From positions 6,882,001 to 6,946,000 of the forward strand of contig CM120642.1 in NCBI GenBank assembly GCA_051362555.1: a stretch of DNA of 64,000 nt, given 5' to 3'. A program made the translations under genes and the position numbers. Source of the DNA: Lingula anatina. Its lineage: Eukaryota; Animalia; Brachiopoda. Positions 14,630 to 28,485 of the stretch are shown piece after piece (position 1 is the first letter of the stretch; every line of letters starts with the position of its first letter). Under the pieces are notes generated by a model. It ran no database searches, was not told where the DNA came from, and saw nothing but the letters and a program-made list of their open reading frames with translations.

Positions 14630-15127
14630 CCCCTCAGTCTGCTATCTGCGAGTTCCACCCGTGGGCCTCCCATCATCTTATATTAATGTATGGTAACTAT
14701 CCCTCTGTCCGCTGTCTGTGAGTTCCACCCCTGGGTCTGTACGCATCCTACACCATGTATGGTAACTGTCCCCCAGTCTGCTATCTGTGAGTTCCACCCC
14801 TGGGTCTGTATGCATCCTACACCATGTATGGTAACTGTCCCCCAGTTTGCTATCTGTGAGTTCTGCCCCTCGGTTCATAGGCATCCTACACTGTGTATGG
14901 TAACTGTCCCTCAGTTTGCTATCTGTGAGTTCCGCCCCTGGGTCCGTAAGCATCCTACACCGTGTATGGTAACTGTCCCCCAGTCTGCTATCTGTGAGTT
15001 CCGCCCCTGGGTCCGTAAGCATCCTACACCGTGTATGGTAACTGTCCCTCAGTCTGCTGTCTGTGAGTTCCACCCCTGGGTCTGTAAGCATCCTACACCG
15101 TGTATGGTAACTGTCCCTCAGTCTGCT
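14630..15127. repeat. 69-bp minisatellite, ~7 copies
   Basis: Unit approximately gtaactgtccctcagtctgctatctgtgagttccacccctgggtccgtaagcatcctacaccgtgtatg; produces 23-aa periodic ORFs on both strands. Confidence 0.95.
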
Positions 15128-18100
15128 TAGCATAACTGCTGTGTTCACAGTGGCAGATGGATGTGTAACAGACCTATGAGAGGTGATTAGTTGTGGTGGC
15201 AGGCGGTGAGGCGGGTGTTAAGACAAGCATTTAGACAGCCATAAGGGCAGACGGCAAATCAAGCTTCTGGTAAGTGTCAAACTGCTCCGCCCTCCTGTCC
15301 CTGTGCCATTTAGCTGCTAATGAAGAAGGTAATTAGTCGTAAAATGAGCCGTTGCTGAGCTGCGACTGACTAAACAACTATAGCGGGCTACTGGTGGTAA
15401 GCTAATACCTTGGTCAGGGAGAGACACATAATACTTTGTCTACAAGGGAAAACTATGGGACTTTTAAAGAATATGTTTTGATGCTAAGAACGGTGTGTAC
15501 AATGAGGTGGATTTATTAACTTGATTATGTGGTTTCCAGCAAGACAGGTAATGAGCTGGAAGATAGTTTGTTATTGTGGTAGCAAGGCAAGGAACTTAAA
15601 AAGCTGGTTACTGCTAGTTGTTGTGGCAGAGTGGGGGATACTCTGTTAGACCAAGGAATTGAATGACTGAAAAATCTGAATGAAAAGCTTTTGGCTGACA
15701 AATGCCGGGTTGTCAGCTAAGGTGTTAATGAGGTTAGGCAGCAGAAAAGTACAGAAAAAGTTAGTAGCTGGTTGTATTTAGTATGTGAAGATAGAAAAAA
15801 TGCATGTACAGGATCTCACAAGTACTAAGAATTGTACTTTCCAGGTAAATATATTTCCATCATAAAAATTGTGATCACTAAGATTTCTGTGGAAGATAAA
15901 ATAATTAGATTTTCTAAAAGAGAATTATAGTCATTCTACTGCAGTCTGAGTCTGAAAGAAAGCTAATCATCGCTGTTCCTATTTCTCATCAAAGAGCAAC
16001 CAGGCTTTTACACCAGGCACTGAAATCATAACTCCCAGGAGCCATTTAGACATACTATCAGGGCTCTTTAATAGATATTTCAGCAAATGGATTAATTGTT
16101 GTAGCTGATTGATCTCTGGAAGTGCCAAAGCTGTAAGGGACCTCCGTGTCCTGAGTGGTATGGTAATCACCCATTAAATTTGAACAAAATGAATTAATAA
16201 TTGTGTTCAGAACAATGGTATATAAGGAATAGTTTTAATTTGATTCACTCGTTGTGAAAAGTTTGTCGTCTTTGTGTCAAAAAGTCCTTTTTATGATTTA
16301 CCAAAAGTTATAAATCTTTAAAAAGAAAGACTTAAATAAGTGAAGAGTATGAAATTTTAAAGTAATTACTGTAAAACTGAATGTCAGAAATGAGGTGCTG
16401 ATTATGTGTAATTGAGGTAATTTATCTTTTCATATCCTCGGACTCTTTAATAAAAGTCACCAGTTATCTAAACTTCAGTGTCACATGCTTGATGGATTGT
16501 GGAATTTTTCAATCTCTTTGTTATTCTTTTTAAATATATGTTGAATGTTGTAAGTTGTTATGAAAAAGTGGAGTTGTGGGCATTATCAAGGTTCTAATGG
16601 AGTGGGTGATTATAAAATAAACAACTCACAGCCAGGATGCAGAAAGCATAACATATTGTGATTTTATACAGATCTTTTCTTTCCTTTTTTTCAAATGAAA
16701 AACCCAATTTGGACAGAAACAAAATCACATTTATTTTGTCTAAAACTTTAAACAGCAATAAAAAGTGAGCAACTGCCACTGCTTACTAGTAAATAGGGGC
16801 AATAGCACGTAAAAGCACTTGGTGTCTGCGAAGTAATTAAACGAGACCCGAAGCTTCAGTCCAGTTTACAGTTCAGCTCTCCCAGGTGTTCATAGATTAG
16901 AATAAAGGCCTCTATCTGTCAAACCTAAACCAGGGGTCCACATAAATTAATAGGGGCAATATTGGAAAAGATAAAAAAGAACTTGTGATATCGCAGTTTG
17001 AGAGGTTATTTAGGAGAGGAATAAGATGGAACTGCCTCTTATATGTTATCCATGCTGTACAACTTATTACATACATACTAGAGATTAGTGTGTTTAATGT
17101 TAGATTTATGATTTTTTAGAGTAAGGCATGATTGATTTTCATGGCAGAAGTGGAATGTTTTCAGGAAATATCAAAAGTAATGTGTGAAAATGTGTTTCAA
17201 GTTGTGCATATATATTTTTTTAAAAGAAATCCTACTTTATAATAATCTAAAAAAAAACACCCAGTAAAAATGCAAGGCTTTATTTTTGGAAATTTAGAAA
17301 GATAGTCTAGTGAGCGTGCCTGCAAACCTTGTAGACATAACTCCTGTGTCGAATGTGTTGACATTTGATTTTTGACCCGATTTTTTCACTTTGAGTTAAA
17401 ACAAACAGTGTTTGAAAAGATTATCACCTGGGATATTAAAACTGATGTGTACTTATATGACAGCCTCTCAAAAGTGATGTGTTGGCATGCCCCTTGCAGG
17501 GTACGGCAATTCCTCGTTATTTTCAAAGACCTTTTTTATTTTATGAGAATTCAGTGATTGGAACTCTATTATTCCCTATAGGCTATTATTAAAATGCAAC
17601 CTAACTTCCTTAGTAAACAGTCTGTTATGATCATGTCACATGATTATGTTGTGCATTTTTCTCTCATGTTTTTTAAAGGTGAACAATAACATTCACAGTT
17701 TTATCCTCTATTTTATTCTATATTACTTTCTTTTTAGTTACTCTCAGTCTCATTTCTCAACATAAACCTGACTCAAATTTGAAGAACTTTTTGAGAGATC
17801 TTTATTTTTAGGCATTTCTTACAAAGCATTGTGTTTTGCAAACAATAAATCAGTTGTGTGCGAATTCAGGGTGTAATTACCGTATGAGGAGTTTAGTTTT
17901 AAGCTTAAGGCTATGGAGTGGGGATACTGATACAGTAATTGAAAAAAATATGTGCACATTATGTTCAAATATATTTTGAGGAGTTTAGAGTGAAGTTTGT
18001 GTTGTTGGAGGAATTACTTGGCAAAATACTTTGTTTGCCTTGTATGTATTGAACTACACAATGGTGACCTGTACCTGTAGTGTTAAGGTTGCACTGTTGC

Positions 18101-21100
18101 AAAAACTAAGATTTTGAGTAGAAAATATATCATCTTGTTATCATCATTTTTTATAAAAATGTGCATTCTTAAGTGATGGAAGAATGGGTCTACTTTGTGC
18201 ATACATCGTATTTAGCTAGCACAATCAGGGATTTAGCTTTATTAAACCCAGAAATAAATACTTGAATTTAGTTCTTGTTTGCAGTTTCTGCACCACCGTA
18301 ACAAACCTTAGAACTCAACAGTATCATCCCCACACAATTCCAACCATAGCACAATATGCACGCTTGAGATCGGAAATTTCCAAACCCAACAGTCAGCATG
18401 GCACATTTCTTGCAAATTTACCTGGTCTTCTCTTTCAATGGTGAGTAAACAGTTCGGGGTTCTAGCTCTGACAAGTGAGTTTGTTTTAGTGTCCCGAGTC
18501 AAGGATTACGGGAAAAGGCTGGTAAATATGTGTAAATACATGTAGACTGGTACGCAACATACGAGATGTTTGCTGTGTAACGGAGCATATGAGTCTGTCC
18601 AGGGGGGGAGAGAGAAGTTCTAATTCAGAATGAAGGCGGGAAACAGTGAGGATGGTTTATGATGTCTGAGGTTGAGAGTGCCCCGTTTTGAATTTGGCAT
18701 TTGCCGTTTTAGAAGGTGGGTATGATTCATATTGTGATGGAAGGAAGCAGACAGAGGGATAGGTTGTGATCTGTTTTTATTATATCTTTATATATAACTG
18801 AGAGCACTCAATAAGGAACAAATTATCATTATTTATCAGATTATTTCTGAGGTTTTGAACTGAGTCATGAAACATGCTGTTACAGGATTTAATTTGTAAG
18901 GACACTTTTTTTATCAAATTTATGATTACTACCTAATTTCAAATCAGTATTTTAAAATTAGCCTGTATTTAGTAGATATTGGTAAAAATGGCCTTATACT
19001 AATGATGTGAGGACCTGAGAAAAGCAGGTATCTATAGATTAATACAACAACTTTAAAATCAGGAATTTCCAGAAAAAAAGATCTTGTAAGAAAATCTGAC
19101 CCATAGTATTAACTAAGTCACTGTGGAAATTTTGCCTTTGCATACCTGGTAGTAAGCCATGGAATATTCAAATATATCAACTAAAAATATACTTCTGTTG
19201 ATGACGAAGTACAATGTCAAGCTCATTTAATATTCTTATAATACTCTACTCAGTATTGGAGATCACTTGTTTTAATCAAGGACTGTCTGTCGGAAATTTC
19301 AAAGAAAAATGTGGAATAGAAATGCTTGCTAAATATAGAAGATTGATTATTCTGCATCATATCTTGTGATTGTACAAACAATTTAAAGTTAAATATTTAC
19401 AAAATATCCCCCTTTAAGTCAAATCACTATCAAAATATATTTATGTTTTCTGAATTTCCTTGGAAAAATAAAATAAATAAACAAATTACATGTATAAAAT
19501 CAGAGGTTTTGAACAAGACATCATGATATGGTATAAAATAAAATAAGAATAAAAAAAGAAAGATTGTAATCATACTGAAAAAATTAATCTCCCAAATCAA
19601 AATAAATATGTTGCAAATTATCATGTCAGTTCATTAAAATAAGATTTGATAACTAGAAAAAAACACCTGCATCGCACTGTCAACATACTGTCTCTATAGC
19701 TAGCTCTATACTCACTATAGTATCAGAGTATTGTCCACTTATGACACTCTAATCTAATGCATTATTCCAGTGGAAGGTCCTCTTCAGACCTCGCCATCCC
19801 GCTATTCCTAGCTTAACTTGAGGACCCTCACGCCATCGACCGTTCAACAGTAATGGTTATAACTGATACAGTTTATGCTATGGAAGAGTGTTAATCCGAG
19901 AGAATAATGGGGGACTTTTTGTGGAGTGGTTTACGTAATGGCTTTCCAACAGTCACCTCCATGTACAATAGTCATCTAGAGTGCTCTTTATCATTCATCA
20001 TACTCTCTGAGTTTTGTGCTTGAAGTTAATTAGGCCTTCATAGCTGCCATACATAGCCACAGATTGCAGCTTTGGTGAATTAAGGAATATGAGAGAGGCT
20101 ATGGGGAGATTGGTCTTCTGTAATGGTCTCTTTAAGCAAAGCAATACTGACATGCTACATTCTACAAGGATGGGAGGTTAAAAGGCAGTGCTTTGTCTAA
20201 CTCAAGTCTTATTCAGTGTAAAGAGCCGCCATCCCCAGGGACTTAAATTATGTGGCTAATGCACTTTGACAAATAAACCAACATGGATACAATTTATCAC
20301 TTATGTCAGTTAGTGGTATATATGTGATCATTTGGAAATATTTTTTGAACATTAGATTAAAAGTACATCCATAGTGTATTGAGTGTACTATATGGATATT
20401 AATTCTGTGCATATACATAGGAAAAATCATTAAATAGTTAATAAATTAATGAATAAACAAGCAAACGAAGATAAGGGTACAAAAGTAAATTGATGAAACA
20501 GTCAAGTATAACACAGTTTGCCTGTGGCCACAGTGGACTTGTGTGTTTTACTTGCAAGCTACAGGTGAAAATATTACTGTGCCAAAATGATGCTTGACTG
20601 TAGTATTCTCTCGCTGATACTGCACTGAAGTTTATTTGTTATTAAAGCATGCATATAACATGTTTAAGCTCATTTGCTATATAAATAACTACTATCTGAC
20701 CAAACAGTATATAGTACACAGAAAGACCCAAAAGATGATGCTTGTTGACATGGCAGCAAAGACTAAAATATTCAGTTAAGGTTGATGAAACTTTTTTAAT
20801 TGAAAAGATAGATTACAATTAAGTGTTTTGAGTAGCTGTCCATGGTGAAGGACAAAGGGGGGGTATCCCTTTATGTTGTTTTTTAATGTTTTTTCACACA
20901 GAAATTTCCATTTTATGAACTGGGTTTTGAATGAAAGGGTTAACTTGGTAAATTCAACTCTCCAGCAAGACAAGCTAGGTTCTGTGTTCATGTTGTCAGT
21001 ATCCATTTTTTTTTCCATTATCGAGTGTTTCTCAGAAATACTGAGCTTTTTCTACAGCTATAGTGAAGTGATTTAGTGGTTTTCTGTTTGAAGTTACGCA

Positions 21101-23779
21101 ATCAACATCAGAAAACTAAAGGCAAAATAATCTGGAAAGTAAATGTTTTTCTCCAGCATCTGACAACTAATAGAATAAGGAGATCACAACAGACTTTAAA
21201 GTTATCTTATGTTTTTTTATAACAATGTAAAGCCAACTGTTGCAGAAGATGGATATATTGGTTCAATAAAAACATCTCGGTTTTTAAATGTGCATGTGAA
21301 TTACTTCTTTGTTAGTGGTTAAAAAATTACATGAAAACTGTCACATCAGATTCTACTTCCAGCTATTTTTGCCAGCTGAATGGTAAAAATTTTATGATAT
21401 TTTTTGTCATTTCACCATCGAATAATTGATTTTTTTCCGTAACAATAGACAGTCTCTGCACTTCACAAATGATAACCTAAAGGTGTGATCATCATGTTCA
21501 TGAAAGTACTTCAAAGTATTGAAGTTATCAAACATAAATATTCATCATTTTCCCACCTATTGCTTTCTGCTTTAGTAAGCAATCTGTTAATTTTCACCAG
21601 GTGTGTTAAAACCAATATTGAAATATGTCATAACTGCTGATAGGCACTTTTGACTGTCATGGATGAAAACTTAATCACAATGAAGATGAAATAATATGAA
21701 ATAAAGGGACGGAAAACTGGAAGTTTTACCAAAAAGTTAGGCTGCAACTCTAAATGTGAAATTTGAAAAAAAAAAAAAAAAAAAAAAAACTGGCCAAAAA
21801 AGTAAATTTAGATAGGAGTTATTTAGCCTCAACATTCGAGACACATGGAGGAGTAAATTGTTGAGAGGTAATTTACTATTGCCTCGGGGACGGTGCGATA
21901 TATGTGCAGTGATTACCAAGTGAAAGGTTTTCCTCTAAAACAGAAGAGCAACTTCCAAGTACTTAAATACACTAGTGTAAAGAGTTATAGGGTGCAGCCA
22001 TGAAAGGTTTATTTGTACGGGGTTAGATATCATGGCATCAGCCAACTCTCTTTGGTTATGTTAACATACAGACGTATTGTTTGCCAGCAGACATGGGCTG
22101 ACAGGTAAAAGATTCATGGTGTTTCTTTTTTTTTCTCTTTTTTTAAAAAAATTTATGGTGAAATTTATGGTGTATATTTCTGTTATGAATTGTAGGAAAG
22201 AGGAACCACATGCGAAAGGGTTGAGAACATAATTTAGTGCCATAATTGATAATTCTGATGTTTTTGAAGTTTTTTAAGTGCATCTTGACTCTGATTTCAA
22301 AAGAGGACTTAATTCTTTCAAAAAACTGTGTGAAAATAAAAACATGGAAAAACACATTTGAAATCCTAGGTCGGTCCTGCTAAAATACCTACACTATCAG
22401 ATGGTGTAGAAAATGCTTTTTTCCTACACCTAAAACTAACGCCTGTGTACACAAAACACTTCACGTTAGCAATTTGATGCTAGGGGTTAGATACTCAGTG
22501 GCAAAAAATTGGAGATACAGTGACTATATCTGAGGAAAAATGAAACGGCAAGTAATTTGCTCAAACAAACTAGAAGCAGGTGGACCATATTAGATTCTTT
22601 TTATCGGAAAAGAATCCCACTCATGGCATGCTCTGAGACAGTATTCTGCCATCTAGTGAGAGGCCGCCATCTTGCTATGCCATACCACTGCGATAAGGTG
22701 AAAGCTAAGAATAACACACAAGATATAAGGGTCTGATAACACACTAAAACAATCTCGAGCTAATTTCTGGGCACATTTGGAGGTAGATGAAGGGCGAGAT
22801 AAACTGAAGGGTAGTAATTGCTGCTAAAATTACGACCCAACATGTAAGAGTGCTTGAGAAGTCTGGTAAATATTTGGATGAAATCAGAGAAAATGGCTGT
22901 GGAGACTTGAGACTGCTTCCTGTGTCTATGTGGTCTGGAGAAGTGAAGACTTGTTGTGGTTTCCTTTAAATTCACAGTTCAGCCCAGTTCAAGAGCCTTT
23001 TTTGTGTGAAAAAAATTGAAATGTTTTTCATGAGATTTATTAAAAAAACAAACATTTTTAATCACAATGGCAATATATATTTAAACAATTGAAGAATGAT
23101 AAAAGAGGCACTAATATTTTTTACATTATTTTCTTTAAAAATAAAGCTCTAAAATGTTTATTTCTACCAAAACTCACAGAAGGCTTGAAAAACTCAACTT
23201 TTCAAACAGTTATAAGACATAAAGCAGTATACCTTCCTGTTATTTATTCTTTTTTTTATTTATTCTTGTTAATCAGAAAAAATTTTTTAAAAAAATGTGA
23301 AGTGAACATGGTAGAATAACATGAAAGAACAGTGTACCATACTTACTGACTACATAACCAGAAGAAACAAAATTGACCAGTGTGTAGATTAAAATAATGT
23401 GCACTTTTTATCAGGTTTGTTTTTACTTTTCGAAGAACCTTGATTGAAAGCTAGTTTTAGAACCAGCAGATTGAAAGCTTCACTTTATATCTCACAAATG
23501 GAGCTTGACATGCCTATTTCTTCCCTATTTATTTTTTCGACAAACCCGATACTTTTCCAACAGGTATTTTGGATTAGTTTTCTAAATGCCAGCTACTTAT
23601 CTCTTTTAGTCATTTACTTTTTTTCAGAAGAATCCTTCTGAAAAAACAGATCACTTCTTCTCTTATACCAGGATCAATTCAACTTTAATCATCGGACTTT
23701 GAAATAAAAAAGAAGAAAAACAAGCTGTTTTATAGAATTTACACCACACCCATCTCCTTACATGTTACCTCAGTAGACC

Positions 23780-24120
23780 TGTGGTTATTACTTTTCAATT
23801 CAAGGACATCAAATGTTTATGAAAATCATATGTAAAAAGCACTTTGGACATTAAACACTTACAAAATTAAAAAAAAAAAAGAATAAGTTGATAACTTTTC
23901 ACTTCAAGCTTAGTAAGGTTGCAGTTTCATAGGCACTTTGGACATAAAATATAAACATACAAAAAGCCAGAAGATGTGAGTAAATTTCAGTTTTAAGCTC
24001 AGCAATTACTTAAATAAAATTTAAAAAGCTTGATTATTTATAAGTGCAGTCACAGACTCTTTGGATAAGAAACATTCTTAAAAATGCAAAATAACTTTCC
24101 ACTTCAAGCGTATAGTAACA
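23780..24120. repeat. Degenerate ~100-bp tandem repeat (3-4 copies)
   Basis: Recurrent gcactttggacat / actctttggata and ataactttt(c)cacttcaagc blocks. Confidence 0.55.
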
Positions 24121-24224
24121 TTAACAAGTTTGGTAATCTTAAAGAGCATTCTGAAATTAGATCCATGAATTGACCCTTGTTATATCCATAATTTTAATTC
24201 ATAACATAGTTCTCATACAATGTC

Positions 24225-25675
24225 ACCCCTTTTTGCAATCAATGGTTCCAAAAACTCCTGCTATAATTAAAGGTTCTTAATGCATTGATCAGTATTAGCC
24301 AGGTATCTATGTGCTTCACCAGTTCATAATGATAAGTATAGTGTTTGTTGGCAGGACTCCTCTTGCTAGCATAAAATTATTGATAGACATGCTTGAAAAT
24401 TCAGTGATATCTATTTGCGTCTATTTCTTTACTAAATTAATTTAACAATTGTTCTTAATTAATTTTTATATTATTTGCAGAGGTAAAAAAAGTCTTTTCT
24501 TCAGAGTTTAGATTTTCTTTTATTTCTTATGCTAATACTCAGTCTGATAGGTGTTCAAGATGGCCTAACACCATTATCATATGCTTAATGTTTTTAAATA
24601 TTTACCTTAAAAGCTTACTGTGCCCCAAAATAAAAAAAAGTCAAAATATCCTGCAAAGCTACTTACATTAAAATGTTTATTAAAACTCCTTTATGTAAAA
24701 AGCACCTTGAGGTCGATATTTCTTTCTGAAACACCAGTAAACCATGGCAATGTCAGTGGTAATAATGGTTTGTTTAGAAGTAAATTACGTTATTAGATCT
24801 GATTCAAAGTATCAGAGCTCAAGTGCAGTTACTGGCCAAGCGATGACTTGGCTAGGAGGATTTTTTTCCTTTAGCAGAAAGTTTTTTAAAAACTTATGAA
24901 AAATACCTTTTAGCAAATTTGGTCAGGGAATGCCCCTTAATTAGTTTATATCTCCTGTGAAAAGGACATGTTAAATTAATTTGACATCAATCACATAATG
25001 TTCATTTAGAACCACCCCCTTCGAGGTCAGGGGTTTCAAAAATAACGATAATTATAGGGTAAACACAATACCTAATATGTGAGTACCTTTCATATTTATA
25101 ATGAATAATACTGTTTCTGTTCTGACTTTTCATACAAGCATAATATTATTTATAGACATCTTTGAATATTCACCAATAAACATTTGCTTCAATTTTCTTA
25201 CAAAATTAAGTTAAAAACCATTCTCACTTGAAACTGATATTATTTTAAATGAGCTAAAACAAGTATTTTATTAAAAACAAAATTTCTTAGTTGATAAATG
25301 CTTTTTTTAGGGATCTAAACTGACTTTGATTAGACCTCATTTCCCCAGATCTTTTTCTACATTAGTTTTATAGTAACATACTAAATTATGATGTATTTAA
25401 TAACTTAAATATAAGTTACCCTTTTTTCGATCAAGGGTTCCAAAAATCTGTTATTAGTTCGTTGTATCGAAGGTTCGCAAACACCATTGGTTGGGTCTTG
25501 TACCTATATAACTGGCTAAGTACAGTCTTGTTAGGACCTTCCATGCAAGCATAAAATTATTAATAGACATCTTTAAAAACTCATTGATGAACATTTGCCT
25601 CTAAATCTTAATTTATTTAAATAACTAAGATAATAATCCTTTTTTAATTATTTTAATTTTTAAAACAGGTAAACA
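24225..25675. repeat. Three dispersed degenerate copies of a ~250-bp segment
   Basis: Core gcataa..ttat..atagacat..ttgaa at 24369, 25138 and 25549. Each is preceded by (g)ggtt(t)c(c)aaaaa and followed by atttgc.tc. Confidence 0.7.
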
Positions 25676-27260
25676 TAACAATCAACAGACAAAAAAAATA
25701 AATAAATAATAATAATAATAATAAAAAGAAATAAAAAGGAATAAAGAGATAAAAGCACAGAAGTTATATGCCAGCACTGTGCTTTTAAAGAATCTTAGCT
25801 TGAAAGTTTAAATTTACTAAATGCCCCAAAACTCTGCAGTAATAATTAGTTATTTTCTCTTGTTCAAGTGACATTAACAGTCCGTCTCCAATAATGTTCA
25901 AAATACATATTTAAGATACACATAAAGCATGCATGGATTTCCAATGCATATAAATCACTTATACTAGTTTCTTATATGACTAATATAAAGTCAATATGCT
26001 TAGTCATAATAATTATCCAAAAAAAAAAATTCATTTGGTCAAAACAAAATCCATTTTTATTTTATTTCAACTTGATTCCAACTGATTCAAAGTCACCCCC
26101 CCCCCAAAAAAAAAAAAAAAAATTGTGTCATTAATTATATCCTAAAAAATAAATATAAAAATAACCTCTTTCTGAAGCATGTATATAACATAGTTTTTAT
26201 TCCATAACTAATTATTTGGTTTATTTCATATTTTATAAAGTCGCAGAAACAATTTGGAATCACTTCTAGACTTTAGTGAAAAAAAGTCTGGCATAAAAAA
26301 CTTAATTGGTATTTACTTGTAAGTGAAAAAAACTATTTTGGGTGTGTGTTTGGGGAGGGGGGGGGACATATCTATGAATTAACTGCCCCTATGGGGAAAA
26401 TACCCCAGAACTGCCACATTTCTCCATAAGCACATTATAATGCATACAAATGATGTGCCACATAGCAATGTAAATGGATGATACGTGAAGGCTGCCTATC
26501 TCTTTCTTTCAAAGGACAACTGTCTCAGCTGGCATATAAGAGGGCTACTTCCAGTCTGAGAAAGAGTAAAGAACTTTGGTAGTGGGAAGTTCAGGTGATT
26601 TCAGCTTCAAATTTGGCGTAGATCACAATGATGTCCTTTATGTAGTTTTGCTGGCTGTGGAAAAGGTATTAATCTTTTTGGTAAGGAAAATAACTGTAAT
26701 TGTTTTGCATACATAAGTTTGGTGTAGACTCAATTTATTATAGTAGAAATTCCAAAGATAATTATTAAACATTTTCCTGTTGATAACATCATTATGGTCA
26801 CTATGTATTATCTTTTAAATTGCTTGTCTTCACAGGTTTTGTGATTTCTTAGTTTGAAAGATGACGTAATAGGGGCCATAATATCGGGTAACATTTTCTT
26901 CTGTATAGGTATATTATCTAAGAGAACTGTTTTCTTCGGCTTTTACCCTTATACGGAAATGAAATTAATGTGATAAAATCAGATTAATTCTGTAGAAATA
27001 ATATATTATTAAGCTTCATGCTGTAATCCTATTATATGGATTTAGGAAGAGGAAGCCAGCAAAGCAAGGAAACGAGATCAGCAAGAGTGGTTTTAAGTCA
27101 ACAAAGTTTTTTCAGCTGGCTTGTAAACTCAAAAAATGAGGTTAAGGCAAGTAATGGGAGTAAATAAGCAGACACATGTAAGGGGTTGGTAACTGAAGCA
27201 GATGCCTCTGGATCATGAAGAGGCTGTCCTGTGGTGTTTTCTGGTAATTATAATTACAGT

Positions 27261-27262
<2 letters not shown>

Positions 27263-27297
<35 letters not shown>

Positions 27298-27342
27298 AGG
27301 GGTTGTGAACACTGTATTCTTTAGCTGTATACACCAAACTGA

Positions 27343-27378
<36 letters not shown>
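27263..27378. repeat. (TG)n and (AT)n microsatellites
   Basis: Directly visible at ~27263-27296 and ~27345-27378. Confidence 0.9.
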
Positions 27379-27381
<3 letters not shown>

Positions 27382-27861
27382 TATGATGGGTGTGTAAGGA
27401 TACTACTAGGTGTAAATATATATATGTTTGTGAAGGGTATTTTCCTTTATTAAAGATTAGATATGTCATATTGGCAGTATGAAAATTGTTAAGTTGTAGC
27501 CTTGGGCAAAAATTTGCTTGGGTCAGTCAAGAAGTTGTTACAACTTCTTGAGTCAGTAAAACCAGTGTTTGTGTTGTGTATCAACAGGAGATTTAAGACT
27601 TGGTATGCTTTTCAACAAGTAGAAAGTAGCTAACTTGAATGTGTTATTCAAGGGATATGTTTTAGTTTATAACTTGATGGAGTGAGTGTAAGCCTTGGTA
27701 AAGGATACCTGGACATTTGTTTTTGTGTGCTATTGATGATGCATTTTGGCAATTTATATTGGCAATTTATGTAAGTAGATATTTCAAAGTAATTTAGCAC
27801 TATATGTTAGATGTGTATTCAAAGGTAAAGGTGCATAGCTTTTTGCATGTAAGAGATCTAT

Positions 27862-28019
27862 CATGCCCGTAGCCAGCAAAGTCAAAAGGGGGTTTCTCTT
27901 TCTGAAAAAGTGGACCTTTTTCAATGAAACTTACGTGTACCTAAATCAAATTGTACCCAAAGTGGACCTTTTCCTGACAAAAGGGGCGGTTCTTTCGAAC
28001 CCCCCTGGCTATGGGCCTG
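27862..28019. mobile_element. 158-bp MITE, 15-bp imperfect TIRs, 5-bp TSD (TCTAT)
   Basis: TCTAT|catgcccgtagccag ... ctggctatgggcctg|TCTAT; internal repeat aagtggaccttt; related copies at 13038 and 35691. Confidence 0.8.
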
Positions 28020-28485
28020 TCTATACATTATGAAAATTAATGCCAATACACATAAACACATACAGTTGTAGTAATAAGGGGGAAAAAAGAATAAGAATAA
28101 ATAAGGAAAAAAGATTTTTGTCAGTATAAAACTACATCAAGCATGGAGATCATAGTAGTTAAGTTATACAATACACTGAACCTAACATGCAAACCATTTA
28201 ATCAAAAAAAGAAAACTTTAAATAATGTATTCCTGTTCATGATATGTTTTTATTCCAGCAACCTAATAACAAAGCACTGGTGTATCATTTCCCTGTTAAG
28301 GAAAAAAAAAACACTCACACAGAGAAACAGAAACAAAGCGCAGTCATCTAACTGAAGCAATTTATTTATTAGAAATCATGAATTGATGGATCGTAAAGTG
28401 ATGGGGTTTCTCCCTCCTGGCAATTCTGCCGCATGAATGATTGCAGCACAATGCCTGATACTATTACTTTGCTTATTATTTCCAG

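Noticed and set aside
14678-15148. 156-aa and 146-aa Cys/His-rich repeat ORFs on opposite strands as proteins
   Set aside because: Both stay open only because the 69-bp unit is a multiple of 3; no recognisable domain or gene context.
26533-26890. TATA-like catataag plus small upstream exons for the LRR gene
   Set aside because: Motifs and GT/AG sites are present, but spacing is unconvincing and such words are common in AT-rich DNA; needs transcript data.
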